From NCBI GenBank assembly GCA_963699755.1, contig CAVOVB010000003.1, positions 320,001-384,000 on the forward strand: 64,000 nucleotides of DNA. The letters are read 5' to 3'. The stretch is from an uncultured delta proteobacterium (lineage in GTDB: Bacteria; Myxococcota_A; Polyangia; Polyangiales; Houyiibacteriaceae). Positions 26,360-36,425 of this stretch are shown here, piece after piece; the stretch's first letter is position 1; every line of letters starts with the position of its first letter. A program made the translations under genes and the position numbers. The notes beneath the pieces are model-generated. The model saw nothing but the letters and a program-made list of their open reading frames with translations. It was not told the DNA's origin and ran no database searches.

Positions 26360-28801
26360 TTAGGGCGCAGACGGCTGAACGGTCTCGCCCATGTCGGGGC
26401 GCGGATCGCTGAGGTCCAAGTGGAGGCGATCCGGGTCGAGCAAAGCATTCGCCAACACTGCGTCCATCTTCGACACTGGCACGAACTCCAGGGTCTCCCG
26501 GACTTCCTCCGGAATCTCGTCGAGGTCGGCGGTGTTGCGTTCCGGTAGAATGATGCGCTTGATTCCCGCGCGATGAGCCGCGAGGACCTTTTCTTTGACG
26601 CCGCCAACCGGAAGCACGCGACCACGCAAGGTTATCTCACCGGTCATCGCAACGTCGTGGCGCACGTGAATACCGGTCAATAGCGAGACGATTGCCGTCA
26701 TCATCGTGACACCTGCACTCGGCCCGTCCTTGGGCATTGCGCCCGCAGGAATGTGAATGTGGATGTCACTCGTTTCCAGGAAGTCCTCCGGAATGCCGAA
26801 GGCCTTGGCGCGGGTCCGCACATAGCTCATCGCCGTTTGTGCAGACTCCTTCATCACATCTCCGAGCTGACCCGTTAGCTGAAGCTTGCCGGTACCGTGC
26901 ATTCTGGTGCATTCGATGAAGAGGATTTCGCCGCCCACCGAGGTCCAGGCGAGCCCAGTCGCAACGCCGGTTTCTGCGGTGCGTTCTGCTACCTCCGAGC
27001 TGAAGCGCGGCGCTCCTAGATAGGGGCGCAGCGACTCCTCGTCGGAGATCTTCCATGGCCCCTCTTCCCCTTCGGCGACCTTGACGGCGACGCCACGAAT
27101 GACGCTCGCGATCTGACGCTCCAGGTTGCGTACACCGGCTTCACGCGTGTAGTGGTCGATGATTGACTCGATCGCGCCGTCCTCGAGAGTGACTTGCTCG
27201 GGCCTGATGCCGTGCTCCTCGAGTTGCTTCGGCACGAGATGCACGCGCGCGATGTCCGCCTTCTCGCGGCGAGTATAGCTGGGGATCTCGATGATCTCCA
27301 TGCGGTCCCGAAGCGGTGCGGGGATGGTGTCCCCCACGTTGCCCGTGGCGATGAACATGACCTTGGACAGGTCGTAAGGGATTTCGAGGTAGTGGTCACT
27401 GAAGGTGTCGTTTTGCTCCGGGTCGAGGACCTCGAGCAGGGCGGCCGCTGGGTCGCCTCGGAAGTCGTGCCCGATCTTGTCGATCTCGTCGAGCATGAAG
27501 ACCGGGTTGATCGTGCCGGCTTTCTTCATCCCTTGGATGACCTGGCCTGGCAGGGCCCCGACGTACGTGCGTCGGTGACCGCGGATGGCGGCTTCGTCGT
27601 GGACGCCACCCAGGCTGATGCGGTGGAACTTACGCCCCAAGGCGCGTGCGACCGAACGGCCGAGCGAGGTCTTGCCGACACCGGGCGGCCCGATGAGACA
27701 AAGAATAGGACCCTTCTTGTCGGTCTTGAGCTTGCGAACCGCTAGGTATTCGACGATGCGCTTCTTGACCTTCTCGAGACCCGAGTGATCCTCGTCGAGC
27801 ACTTTGCGCACGGCCGCGATGTCCATGTTGTCAGCGGTCTGCCTGCTCCAGGGAATGTCGAGAATCCAATCGATATAGGTGCGAACGACGGTGTACTCCG
27901 CGGAGCCAACCTGCATCTGACGAAGGCGCTTGAGCTGTTTGTGTGCGACCTTGTCTGCTTCACCCGGCAGGTTTGCCTTGGCCAGGCGCTCCTCGAGGAC
28001 ATCGAGGTCGCCCTGGTCGCCTTCTTCCTCGCCCAGCTCTTCTTTGATCGCCTTGAGCTGTTGGCGCAGGACGTACTCACGTTGGTTCTTGCCCATCTCC
28101 TCTTTGATTTGCGAGTTGATGCGCTCCCGCATTTTGAGGATTTCGAGCTGCCGCGTCAGCAGACGAAGGACCTTGCGAATACGCTCTTTCGTGTCGAGCG
28201 TCTCCAGCAGTTGCGACTTTTCTTCCACTGGCGCATCGAGATTGGCCGCCACGAGGTCGGCGAGCTGCCCGTGCTCTTGGATCGAGTCGATGAGTGAGCC
28301 CGCCTCACGGGGCAGCTCGGGCATCAGCTGGATGACCTGCTTGGCAATGTCACGGAGGCTCATTGCGAGGGCTTCGCTCTCGACATCCTCCCCGGCGGGC
28401 TCTTGCAGCCGTGAGACCCTAGCTCGGATGTAGGGTTCGGTGGTCACAACCTGCTCGAGGCGGATGCGCACTAGGCCCTGAAGAATGAGGCTGTAATTAC
28501 CCGAGCTGTGCTTGAGCGCTTTGAGGACGCGCGCCGCGACGCCGACTGGGTGGAGGTCATTCTGACCGGGATCGTCGGTCGATGGATCCCGCTGCGCAAC
28601 GATCGCAATGATGGGCTGATCGAGGTTTTCGATGTCCTCGACGAGCGCGACTGACTTCTCGCGGCCCACGTCGAAGGGCGCCACCGCTGCTGGGAAGAGT
28701 ACGGCATTGCGGATGGGCAGTACGGGCAGCTCGCTGCCGAACTCGATGTCTCCCGTCTCGGGAGGCGGAATCGATGAAACTGTTCCCTCTTCGTCGCTCA
28801 T
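26360..28801 (-). CDS. lon: ATP-dependent Lon protease
   Basis: LON N domain, [23 protein letters not shown] (catalytic Ser), GGVKEK (catalytic Lys). Confidence 0.97.
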   Translation of the reverse strand: MSDEEGTVSSIPPPETGDIEFGSELPVLPIRNAVLFPAAVAPFDVGREKSVALVEDIENLDQPIIAIVAQRDPSTDDPGQNDLHPVGVAARVLKALKHSSGNYSLILQGLVRIRLEQVVTTEPYIRARVSRLQEPAGEDVESEALAMSLRDIAKQVIQLMPELPREAGSLIDSIQEHGQLADLVAANLDAPVEEKSQLLETLDTKERIRKVLRLLTRQLEILKMRERINSQIKEEMGKNQREYVLRQQLKAIKEELGEEEGDQGDLDVLEERLAKANLPGEADKVAHKQLKRLRQMQVGSAEYTVVRTYIDWILDIPWSRQTADNMDIAAVRKVLDEDHSGLEKVKKRIVEYLAVRKLKTDKKGPILCLIGPPGVGKTSLGRSVARALGRKFHRISLGGVHDEAAIRGHRRTYVGALPGQVIQGMKKAGTINPVFMLDEIDKIGHDFRGDPAAALLEVLDPEQNDTFSDHYLEIPYDLSKVMFIATGNVGDTIPAPLRDRMEIIEIPSYTRREKADIARVHLVPKQLEEHGIRPEQVTLEDGAIESIIDHYTREAGVRNLERQIASVIRGVAVKVAEGEEGPWKISDEESLRPYLGAPRFSSEVAERTAETGVATGLAWTSVGGEILFIECTRMHGTGKLQLTGQLGDVMKESAQTAMSYVRTRAKAFGIPEDFLETSDIHIHIPAGAMPKDGPSAGVTMMTAIVSLLTGIHVRHDVAMTGEITLRGRVLPVGGVKEKVLAAHRAGIKRIILPERNTADLDEIPEEVRETLEFVPVSKMDAVLANALLDPDRLHLDLSDPRPDMGETVQPSAP

Positions 28802-28940
28802 GCTGCTGTTCTACTCCAACTCGGTAAGAACCCAAGTTTTCCAATACTGTGGCGAACATAGCCACGCACCATTTTTCTGGCAAGGGGCTCAGCCACGACG
28901 CTGCCCGAGCACATCGAGGGCGCCAAGGCCACATCGTGGA

Positions 28941-28969
28941 TTGAAGGCGGGGGATCGGCGAATTAGGCT
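28941..28969 (+). promoter_or_regulatory. Putative sigma70-like promoter, possibly leaderless
   Basis: TTGAAG-17 nt-TAGGCT, then 7 nt to ATG 28977. Confidence 0.55.
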
Positions 28970-28976
28970 CAGCACG

Positions 28977-29702
28977 ATGCGTCTTTCAGTAGTAGTTCCG
29001 TGTTTCAACGAGGAAGGGAACATCGCTCCTGTGATCGCGCAGGTTGCCGAAGTTGGCCGCCGGCTCGCCTCCGAGCTCGAAATCATCGTCGTGGACGACG
29101 GCAGCACCGACGCTACGGCCAAGGTCCTCGGGGGGCTCCAGGCGCTCGTCCCCGAGCTGAGAATCGTGACGCACCAGCGAAACCGGGGTTATGGGGCCGC
29201 GGTGCGCTCGGGGCTCGAGCGAGCCCGGATGGACTATGTGTTTCTGACCGACGGCGACGGGCAGTTCGACATGGAAGAGCTCCCAGCCGCGATTCAGCTC
29301 CTGGGCGAGCACGATCTGGTGGCAGGCTACCGGACGCATCGCCAGGACGGTTACTGGAGGCGCCTCTGGGGCCAGACCTGGACCGCTCTGGTGAACCGGG
29401 TCTTCGGCCTCGGGGTTCGTGACGCCAACTGTGCCTTCAAGCTGGTGCCTCAGAGCCTGCTGCGCTCGAGTGAGTTGAAAAGCGAGGGAGCGCTCATCAG
29501 CGCCGAGCTCTTGCTCGCAGCGCGACGCGCAGCGCTCAGCGTAGGGGAGTACGCAGTGACCCACTATCCGCGCATGACGGGTCGGCAATCGGGCGCGTCA
29601 CCTCGCGTCGTCATGACCGCGCTCATGGAGCTGCTGGTCAGGAGCAGACTTGGTTTCGGCCGGCTCGCTTGGCCTCGTACATCTTATCGTCGGCGGCCTT
29701 GA
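28977..29702 (+). CDS. Glycosyltransferase family 2 (DPM1/GtrB-like)
   Basis: SVVVPCFNEE, VVDDGSTD, NRGYGAA, TDGDGQF, DANCAFK. Confidence 0.9.
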   Translation: MRLSVVVPCFNEEGNIAPVIAQVAEVGRRLASELEIIVVDDGSTDATAKVLGGLQALVPELRIVTHQRNRGYGAAVRSGLERARMDYVFLTDGDGQFDMEELPAAIQLLGEHDLVAGYRTHRQDGYWRRLWGQTWTALVNRVFGLGVRDANCAFKLVPQSLLRSSELKSEGALISAELLLAARRAALSVGEYAVTHYPRMTGRQSGASPRVVMTALMELLVRSRLGFGRLAWPRTSYRRRP

Positions 29703-30537
29703 AGAGGTCCCAAGCATCTTCGTAGTGCGCTTGCCACTCGGCTACACCCACACTCACGGTGACCTCGATCGGCGAGCCCTCGAATTCGAATCGTGTGTCT
29801 CCGATCAATCGATTGATTTTGCCTGCGAGCTCTTTCGCGCCATCGAGGCCTACCTCCGGCGTGATGAGGGCGAACTCTTCGCCCCCCACTCGTGCCAACA
29901 CATCGTTGACGCGAAGCCTCCCCAGGAGGACGGCGCCGAGCTGTCGCAAGATGGCGTCGCCCGCCAAGTGACCGAAGCGATCGTTGACGGCTTTGAAGTG
30001 ATCGAGATCGAAGACCAGTAGGGAGAAGGTTCGCTTGTACCTTTTCGCTCGAGCGACCTCCCGGTCGAGCATCTCGTCGAAGTATCGCTTGTTGTTGAGC
30101 TGCGTGAGGCCGTCGGTGGTCATCAGCCGGTAGATCTCTTCGTGGTATTGAACTTCCACATCGTCTCCGACGATGAACTTCAAGATCGTGCGCCCGACCT
30201 TGAGCTGGTCGCCATGGCGCAGGCGCCCTTGGGGTTCGATCAGGTCGTCGTTCACGTAGGTCCCATTGGTCGAGCCCAGATCGCGAACGAGGAACCCTCC
30301 ATCCTCGAAACGAATTTGACAGTGTTTTCGAGAGACGCTCTCTTGGTCGATTGGAACTTCACAGTTGGGTGAGCGCCCAATGGTCAGAGGTTCAGCGCCG
30401 ACCTGTACGCGGCGACCCATCTCGTGCCCATAGATGACGATGAGACATCCATTCTGGTTGGCAGGACGCGGGCGAGCGTCTCCGGCCTCGGTCAGGACAG
30501 TCTGGCTGGCGCTCGTCGTCTGATCTTTGAACGACAC
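29638..30537 (-). CDS. FHA-domain diguanylate cyclase (FHA-GGDEF)
   Basis: FHA motifs IGRS, VSRKH, DLGSTNGTYVN; DGLT, DLDHFKAVND.FGH, RVND I-site, GGEEF; GTG 30537 inferred as start. Confidence 0.9.
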   Translation of the reverse strand: MSFKDQTTSASQTVLTEAGDARPRPANQNGCLIVIYGHEMGRRVQVGAEPLTIGRSPNCEVPIDQESVSRKHCQIRFEDGGFLVRDLGSTNGTYVNDDLIEPQGRLRHGDQLKVGRTILKFIVGDDVEVQYHEEIYRLMTTDGLTQLNNKRYFDEMLDREVARAKRYKRTFSLLVFDLDHFKAVNDRFGHLAGDAILRQLGAVLLGRLRVNDVLARVGGEEFALITPEVGLDGAKELAGKINRLIGDTRFEFEGSPIEVTVSVGVAEWQAHYEDAWDLFKAADDKMYEAKRAGRNQVCS

Positions 30538-30543
30538 TCTTTG

Positions 30544-30645
30544 AATATACAGCCGAGGGGGCCCGGAGCGAAAATCAGCGACAGTCGAGTGCAGCCAGAG
30601 CGGACTGTTGGGTTTGTTGACTGCCGCAACCTCGTTCAATAGCGT
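30544..30645. promoter_or_regulatory. Divergent pair of sigma70-like promoters, both possibly leaderless
   Basis: Minus: TTCGCT-17-TATATT-6 nt-GTG 30537; plus: TTGACT(30617)-17-TAGCGT-6 nt-GTG 30652. Confidence 0.5.
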
Positions 30646-30651
30646 AGTGTG

Positions 30652-31851
30652 GTGCGCCACGTATTTTCTCACTCCTCGATATGGGGGTTGGCGAGTCTCG
30701 CCCTGCTGCTTGGGACGCCCCAGGCTCTCACGGCCAGCCCGCCTACCGCGCAGCGCGCATCGACGAACGTAGCCCGGCTGGTGACGCCCCCGTTCACGGA
30801 CATCGACATCACCAAGGCCAAGCCTGGTAGTGAGGGATGGGTGGTGCCACGGCGCGACGGAACGCGCGCGGTGCTGACCGTTGACCACGATCTCCAATCT
30901 CACATTCAAAGCTTGTTCAGTCGCTACGACGTGCCTGAGGGGGGTCTGGTCGCGATCGATCCCAAGACAGGGGATGTGCTTGCTTTCGTCGGATACGAAG
31001 CGGGGAAGGGCACCAGCGCGCGGGTGGCGACCGACCCGGGGCCACCGGCTGCGTCGGTGTTCAAGATCATCACCGCGGCAGCTCTACTGGACGCGGGGGT
31101 GAAGAGCTCGACGTCGGTTTGCTATGGCGGAGGGATGCGCGACTTGGTCGCGGCCGATTTGATCGACAGTCCCAAACGCGACCGATGGTGCGCAACGATG
31201 GCCGATGCGCTGGGTTATTCGATCAACGCCGTCTTCGCGAAGCTTGCCGATCGACACATCGATGAGGCGCGCATGGCGCAGTACGTTTCCGCATTCGGTT
31301 TCGGACAGCGCCTGCCCTTCGATCTTCCCACGTCGCCGAGCCCCGCGGACGTGCCGGACAGCCGGCTGGAACGCGCGCGCATGGCGGCCGGATTCTGGCA
31401 CAGCCAACTCTCTCCGCTTCACGCTGCGCTACTCGCATCGACCATTGCCAACGACGGTCAGATGCCTTTCGCAGCCATCGTCGACCGGATCGAAAGCGGT
31501 TCTGGGGATACGCTCTACCAGCACCGGCCACGGAATTTCCGACAGGTCTTGCCGCGAGAGACGGCGCGCCTCACCGGCGAGATGATGACTCGGACCGTGA
31601 CCAAGGGGACTTCCAAGAAAGCGTTCTGGGACTCCAAGGGGCGTCCCTTCCTTCCGGGTATCGGCGTTGCTGGGAAGACCGGAACGCTCAGCCGGTACAA
31701 TCCGCATCGCACGTACAACTGGTGGGTCGGCTACGCTCCTGTGGATGATCCGCAGATCGCCGTCGCCGCGCTCGTCGTGAATGAGCCGAAGTGGCGTATC
31801 AAGGCGAGCTACGTCGCCAAGGAAGCGCTTCAGAACTACCTGCTCCGTTAG
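30652..31851 (+). CDS. Penicillin-binding protein, transpeptidase domain only
   Basis: SxxK (ASVFK), SxN (SIN), KTG (GKTGT); signal peptide; start GTG 30649 or 30652. Confidence 0.85.
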   Translation: MRHVFSHSSIWGLASLALLLGTPQALTASPPTAQRASTNVARLVTPPFTDIDITKAKPGSEGWVVPRRDGTRAVLTVDHDLQSHIQSLFSRYDVPEGGLVAIDPKTGDVLAFVGYEAGKGTSARVATDPGPPAASVFKIITAAALLDAGVKSSTSVCYGGGMRDLVAADLIDSPKRDRWCATMADALGYSINAVFAKLADRHIDEARMAQYVSAFGFGQRLPFDLPTSPSPADVPDSRLERARMAAGFWHSQLSPLHAALLASTIANDGQMPFAAIVDRIESGSGDTLYQHRPRNFRQVLPRETARLTGEMMTRTVTKGTSKKAFWDSKGRPFLPGIGVAGKTGTLSRYNPHRTYNWWVGYAPVDDPQIAVAALVVNEPKWRIKASYVAKEALQNYLLR

Positions 31852-31941
31852 CGCAGGGACGATCTCGCCCTCTGAGGCGTTGCCGTGTCCGACAGCTGCA
31901 TTAGGCTCTAACTTGCTTCACTACCAAGAAAGGCAAGCTCC

Positions 31942-32754
31942 ATGTCACGTGATATTCGACTTTTCGCGTTCGCGGCACTGACCGCTCTCTCGCTGTTCTC
32001 CGCTCCCGTCGTGACCGCGCAGTCGCCGGTGCTCAACCGTGTCCTCAAGACCAACACGCTCCGAGTCGGGATGTCGGCCGATCAGCCGCCGTTGAACGTG
32101 GAGAGCAAAAGCGGTCAGATGATCGGGCTCGAGGTCGACCTCGCGAATGGGCTCGCCTATGCGCTTGGGCTGCAGCTCGAGATTGTGCAGAAGCCGTTCG
32201 GTCAGCTACTCGGTGCGCTCAACAAGGGGCAGGTCGACATGGTGATGTCGGGTGTCGATATTACGCCGGCGCGGAGCAGGGATTTCCTCTTCGTTGGTCC
32301 GTACCTGCTCTCGGGCAAGTCGCTGGTGACGACCTCGAACGCGCTGGCCGGGGCTGATTCGGTCGATGACATCAACCAGGCTGACGTCACCTTCGTCGCG
32401 CTGAAGAATTCCACGAGCTACGCCTTCGTGAAGAAGAACATCCCCAAGGCGAAGCTCGTTGCAGTCGACGATTATCAGAAGGCCGTTGCCATGGTCATCG
32501 ACGGAAAGGCGAGTGCGATGATCGCGGACCTGCCGGCCTGCGCCTTGGCGGTCCTTCGCAATCCCGACGCCGGCCTCGTGACCTTGGCCGAGCCGCTTTC
32601 GGTCGAACCCATGGGGATCGCGGTTTCCGCAAAAGACGAGCACTTTTACAACCTGATCGACAACTACATCGACGCGATCGAAGCCACGGGCATCCTCTCG
32701 GCACTTCGCCAGAAGTGGTTCGAGGACCCGAGCTGGCTCGAAGAGCTTCCGTAG
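31942..32754 (+). CDS. Polar amino-acid ABC-type substrate-binding protein (SBP family 3)
   Basis: Signal peptide; LRVGMSADQPP, GLEVDLA, DMVMSG.DITPAR, QKWF. Confidence 0.85.
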   Translation: MSRDIRLFAFAALTALSLFSAPVVTAQSPVLNRVLKTNTLRVGMSADQPPLNVESKSGQMIGLEVDLANGLAYALGLQLEIVQKPFGQLLGALNKGQVDMVMSGVDITPARSRDFLFVGPYLLSGKSLVTTSNALAGADSVDDINQADVTFVALKNSTSYAFVKKNIPKAKLVAVDDYQKAVAMVIDGKASAMIADLPACALAVLRNPDAGLVTLAEPLSVEPMGIAVSAKDEHFYNLIDNYIDAIEATGILSALRQKWFEDPSWLEELP

Positions 32755-32815
32755 AACCAACGGAGACGATCGGAGAAGGGCGCGCGACGGGCGTGCTCGC
32801 GGACGCCCCGGTAGC

Positions 32816-33559
32816 CTAGTCTTTGTTGCGGACGATGAAGGTGTTCATGCCTTCTTCCCGTTCGAAGGTTGTCCGGTAGTTCTGCGCCTCTTGCGGGGAC
32901 TCGAATGGACCGATGCGGACGCGCCAGTGGGTGCCTCGGCCCTCGACCGTGCCGGTCGTGACGTACGCCGCGTGGCCGCGTTTGCGCAGGGCGCTGGCAA
33001 AGACCTGAGCTTCGTCGGCATCGCGGTAGCTGATGACTTGCAAGGTGTAGCGGCCTTCGTACCCAGCAGGGCTGGAGACCGTATTCCCGGGGACGGTTGC
33101 CGCGACGAGTGGGTCGCGGACGGCTGCCATTTCGACGACCTGTCGGTCTGGGCCCGCGGTGACGGCCGCTGGCAAACCGGCGGCGATGTCGGAGCGCGGC
33201 GGGGGTTTCGTCAGCGGGTCGAGGTGTGCGAGCTCGGCGGCCGCGGCGGCCATGGCTGCGGCGACCTCGGGCCTGGTCTCGGTGATCAGAGTCGTTGGGA
33301 AGCTCAGGGTCTCGGGGTCGATGGCAGGTTCGTCGATCGGCTCTTCAGCGGCCTCCGCGGTGTCGGCCCCCTCGGCGATTGCCAGCATCTGCAAAGGGTC
33401 TTCGGCTTGCGACTCGCTGCCGTCGGGGAGGGCGGCGACCGCAGCAACCACGACGCCAACCGCCACCACGAGGCCCACACCTGATAGCACCAAGACCCCT
33501 CGCCCTTCATCAGACGATCGCTCTTCGATCCGTTCCAGATCGCGCATTGCAGTGTCCAT
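32816..33559 (-). CDS. SPOR-domain membrane protein
   Basis: N-terminal TM, acidic/Ala linker, C-terminal YTLQVISY..WRVRIGPFES. Confidence 0.85.
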   Translation of the reverse strand: MDTAMRDLERIEERSSDEGRGVLVLSGVGLVVAVGVVVAAVAALPDGSESQAEDPLQMLAIAEGADTAEAAEEPIDEPAIDPETLSFPTTLITETRPEVAAAMAAAAAELAHLDPLTKPPPRSDIAAGLPAAVTAGPDRQVVEMAAVRDPLVAATVPGNTVSSPAGYEGRYTLQVISYRDADEAQVFASALRKRGHAAYVTTGTVEGRGTHWRVRIGPFESPQEAQNYRTTFEREEGMNTFIVRNKD

Positions 33560-33724
33560 TTCCCGTTTCGCTCCGGCCCGGCTCTGAGGTTTACGAAACT
33601 TCCTTGGAAGCAGCCAAAAAACAGCAGCTCAGCAGTCCTGAGAGTACGTGCAGCGGGGTTGCCCACGTGGTAGCTTCGCGCGAGCGTCGAAGCACTGGGG
33701 AACGGCGCGTGGGAGCAGTAGTTC

Positions 33725-36334
33725 ATGGTGGAATCTCCACAGAAGCATCCGGTCGCCCTCGAAGACGAGATGAGGCGCTCGTACCTCGACTACGCGATGA
33801 GCGTGATCATCGGCCGAGCGATTCCGGACGTCCGAGACGGCCTGAAACCGGTCCACCGGCGCATTCTCTATTCGATGCACGAGCAGAAGGTGCATTGGAA
33901 CAGCTCATACAGGAAAAGCGCCCGCATCGTTGGCGACGTGCTCGGCAAGTACCACCCTCACGGGGATAGCGCCGTCTACGATGCACTGGTTCGCATGGCA
34001 CAGGATTTCTCCATGCGCTACCCGCTGGTCGATGGGCAGGGGAACTTCGGCTCCATCGATGGCGATCCAGCCGCAGCGATGCGTTACACCGAGGTCCGGA
34101 TGCACCGGCTCGCCTCGGAGCTCCTCGCCGATATCGAAAAGGAAACCGTAAACTTCGGCCCGAACTTCGACGACTCCGAAACTGAGCCGCTCGTCCTGCC
34201 GAGCCGGATTCCAAACCTGCTGATCAACGGCTCAGGCGGCATCGCGGTTGGCATGGCCACGAACATCCCGCCCCACAACCTGCGGGAAGTGCTCGACGCC
34301 ACCGTGCGCCTCATGAAGAATCCCGAGCTCACCGTCGACCAGCTCATGCAGGACGACGACGAGAACGGGCGGCTTGGGGTCAAAGGCCCGGATTTCCCGA
34401 CCGCGGGATACATCTACGGCCGGGCAGGCATTCAGCTGGGGTACCGGACCGGACGCGGACGCATCGTGATGCGGGCCAGGGCGAGGATCGAGCAGCTTCC
34501 AAGCAAGGGCGACCGCGAGATGATCGTCATCACCGAGATCCCTTACCAGGTGAACAAGGCCGAGCTTCTCAAGAAGATCGCTGACCTGGTTCGCGACAAG
34601 CGTCTGGAGGGCATCAGCGACATCCGAGACGAATCCGACCGCGACGGCTTGCGAATCGTCACGGAGCTCAAGCGCGACGCCCACGGCGAAATCGTTCTGA
34701 ATAAGCTCTACCAGATGACGGCGCTTCAGAGCACTTTTGGCTACAACTGTCTCGCGATCGTCGGACAGCGTCCCGAGGTCCTCGACCTACGGGCCGCGTT
34801 GCTGCACTTCATCGACCACCGGCGCGAGGTCGTCATCCGTCGAACTCGCTACGACCTTCGTCAGGCCCAGGCCCAGCGAGAGCTGATCGAAGGCCTCGGG
34901 ATGGCGGTTACCGACATCGATCTCGTGGTCAGCACGATTCGATCTTCGAAAGACCCCGAGGAGGCTCGCGCGCGCTTGATGAAGCTGCCACTCACTGGCC
35001 TCGAGGAGTTCGTCAAGCGTGCGGGCCGGCCCGAAGCAGAGATTCAAGCTGCGAAGGAGCGAGGCGAGTACCTGCTCTCCGAGCGACAGGCCAAGGCCAT
35101 CCTCGAAATGCGACTCTCTCGTCTCACCGGTCTCGAGCGTGAGAAGTTGGCCACCGAGTTCGGGAGCCTCTGCGACTTGATCGGCGAGCTCGAGGCGATC
35201 CTCGCCAGCAAAGAGCTGCTCGACCAGGTCATCGTGACTGAGCTCGACGAGATCCGCGAGCGCTTCGGTGATGCGCGCCGGACAGAAATCGTCGAAGCCG
35301 AAGGGGACATCTCGATCGAGGACCTCGTTCCCGACGAGGAGGTCGTCGTCACGGTTTCGCACGCTGGGTACATCAAGCGCGTCCCGCTGAGCGAATACCG
35401 GGCCCAGGGCCGCGGCGGCAAGGGGCTGCGGGCCATGGACACCCGCGAGCAAGACTTCGTCAGCTGGGTCTTCGTCGTCAACGCGCACGCAAACGTCCTG
35501 TTCCTGAGCGACAAGGGCAAGGCGTACCTCAAGAAGGTCTATCAAATTCCCGAAACCAGCCGTGCGGCGAGGGGAAGGGCGGTCGTCAATCTCGTCGGCA
35601 TGGAGCCGGATGAACGCGTGGCTGCGATTCTACCGATTCGAGAGTTCGTCGAGGATGGGTATCTTCTGACATGCACCAGGCGGGGCCGCGTGAAGCGGAC
35701 TAGCTTGGACGCCTACGAGAACATCCGGCAGACGGGGATCATCGGCGTTGCAATCGGCGAGGGTGACGGGCTGCTGGCTGCCCGTATCGTGACTCCAGGT
35801 CAGCACGTGCTCATCGGTACCTCGCATGGGATGAGCATTCGCTTCCCCATCGAAGACGTGCGGTCAATGGGCCGCGACTCGATGGGTGTGAAAGGCATCG
35901 ACCTTCGCGAGGGCGATTTCGTCATCGGCATGGACATCATCGAAGACGAGGACGAACAGCAGGTTCTGACCGTGAGCGCGAACGGCTACGGCAAGCGCAC
36001 CAAAGTTGCGGAATGGCGCACACAGAACCGCGGCGGCAAAGGCATCATCGCGATGGACACCTCAGAGCGGAATGGCGCCCTGGTGAAGCTCCGACTGGTT
36101 TCCGCGGAGGATCAGCTGATGGTCATCACCAACGGCGGGCAGGTGATTCGGACTCGAGTGAGCGAAATCCGTGAAACCGGCCGCAACACCCAGGGTGTGC
36201 GGGTGATTCGTCTCGGGGACGGGGAGCAAGTCGTCGACGTCGAGCCCGTGGCCGAGGGCGAAGAGGAGGACGAGGGCGAAGAGTTGGTCGCGGAGGGCAA
36301 CGGGCAGCAATCCCAAGAACCGCAAGAGAATTAG
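33725..36334 (+). CDS. gyrA: DNA gyrase subunit A
   Basis: [37 protein letters not shown] (catalytic Tyr), GyrA-box QGRGGKG, beta-pinwheel repeats, acidic tail. Confidence 0.97.
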   Translation: MVESPQKHPVALEDEMRRSYLDYAMSVIIGRAIPDVRDGLKPVHRRILYSMHEQKVHWNSSYRKSARIVGDVLGKYHPHGDSAVYDALVRMAQDFSMRYPLVDGQGNFGSIDGDPAAAMRYTEVRMHRLASELLADIEKETVNFGPNFDDSETEPLVLPSRIPNLLINGSGGIAVGMATNIPPHNLREVLDATVRLMKNPELTVDQLMQDDDENGRLGVKGPDFPTAGYIYGRAGIQLGYRTGRGRIVMRARARIEQLPSKGDREMIVITEIPYQVNKAELLKKIADLVRDKRLEGISDIRDESDRDGLRIVTELKRDAHGEIVLNKLYQMTALQSTFGYNCLAIVGQRPEVLDLRAALLHFIDHRREVVIRRTRYDLRQAQAQRELIEGLGMAVTDIDLVVSTIRSSKDPEEARARLMKLPLTGLEEFVKRAGRPEAEIQAAKERGEYLLSERQAKAILEMRLSRLTGLEREKLATEFGSLCDLIGELEAILASKELLDQVIVTELDEIRERFGDARRTEIVEAEGDISIEDLVPDEEVVVTVSHAGYIKRVPLSEYRAQGRGGKGLRAMDTREQDFVSWVFVVNAHANVLFLSDKGKAYLKKVYQIPETSRAARGRAVVNLVGMEPDERVAAILPIREFVEDGYLLTCTRRGRVKRTSLDAYENIRQTGIIGVAIGEGDGLLAARIVTPGQHVLIGTSHGMSIRFPIEDVRSMGRDSMGVKGIDLREGDFVIGMDIIEDEDEQQVLTVSANGYGKRTKVAEWRTQNRGGKGIIAMDTSERNGALVKLRLVSAEDQLMVITNGGQVIRTRVSEIRETGRNTQGVRVIRLGDGEQVVDVEPVAEGEEEDEGEELVAEGNGQQSQEPQEN

Positions 36335-36425
36335 CCCCCTCACGCCGGGAAATGTGTAATCCGCGGAGCAACACGCTATTCTGGCGGGAGCATTTTGGGG
36401 AATGTTTTGCGAGGGGTAGGAGAGT

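Noticed and set aside
30538..30909. 124-aa N-terminal extension of the FHA-GGDEF ORF in the ORF track
   Set aside because: It overlaps the divergent PBP gene and the promoter elements; GTG 30537 is the more plausible start
33725..36334. gyrA without adjacent gyrB; possible quinolone-resistance allele
   Set aside because: Split gyrA/gyrB is common, and the QRDR reads HGDSAVYD (wild-type Ser and Asp)
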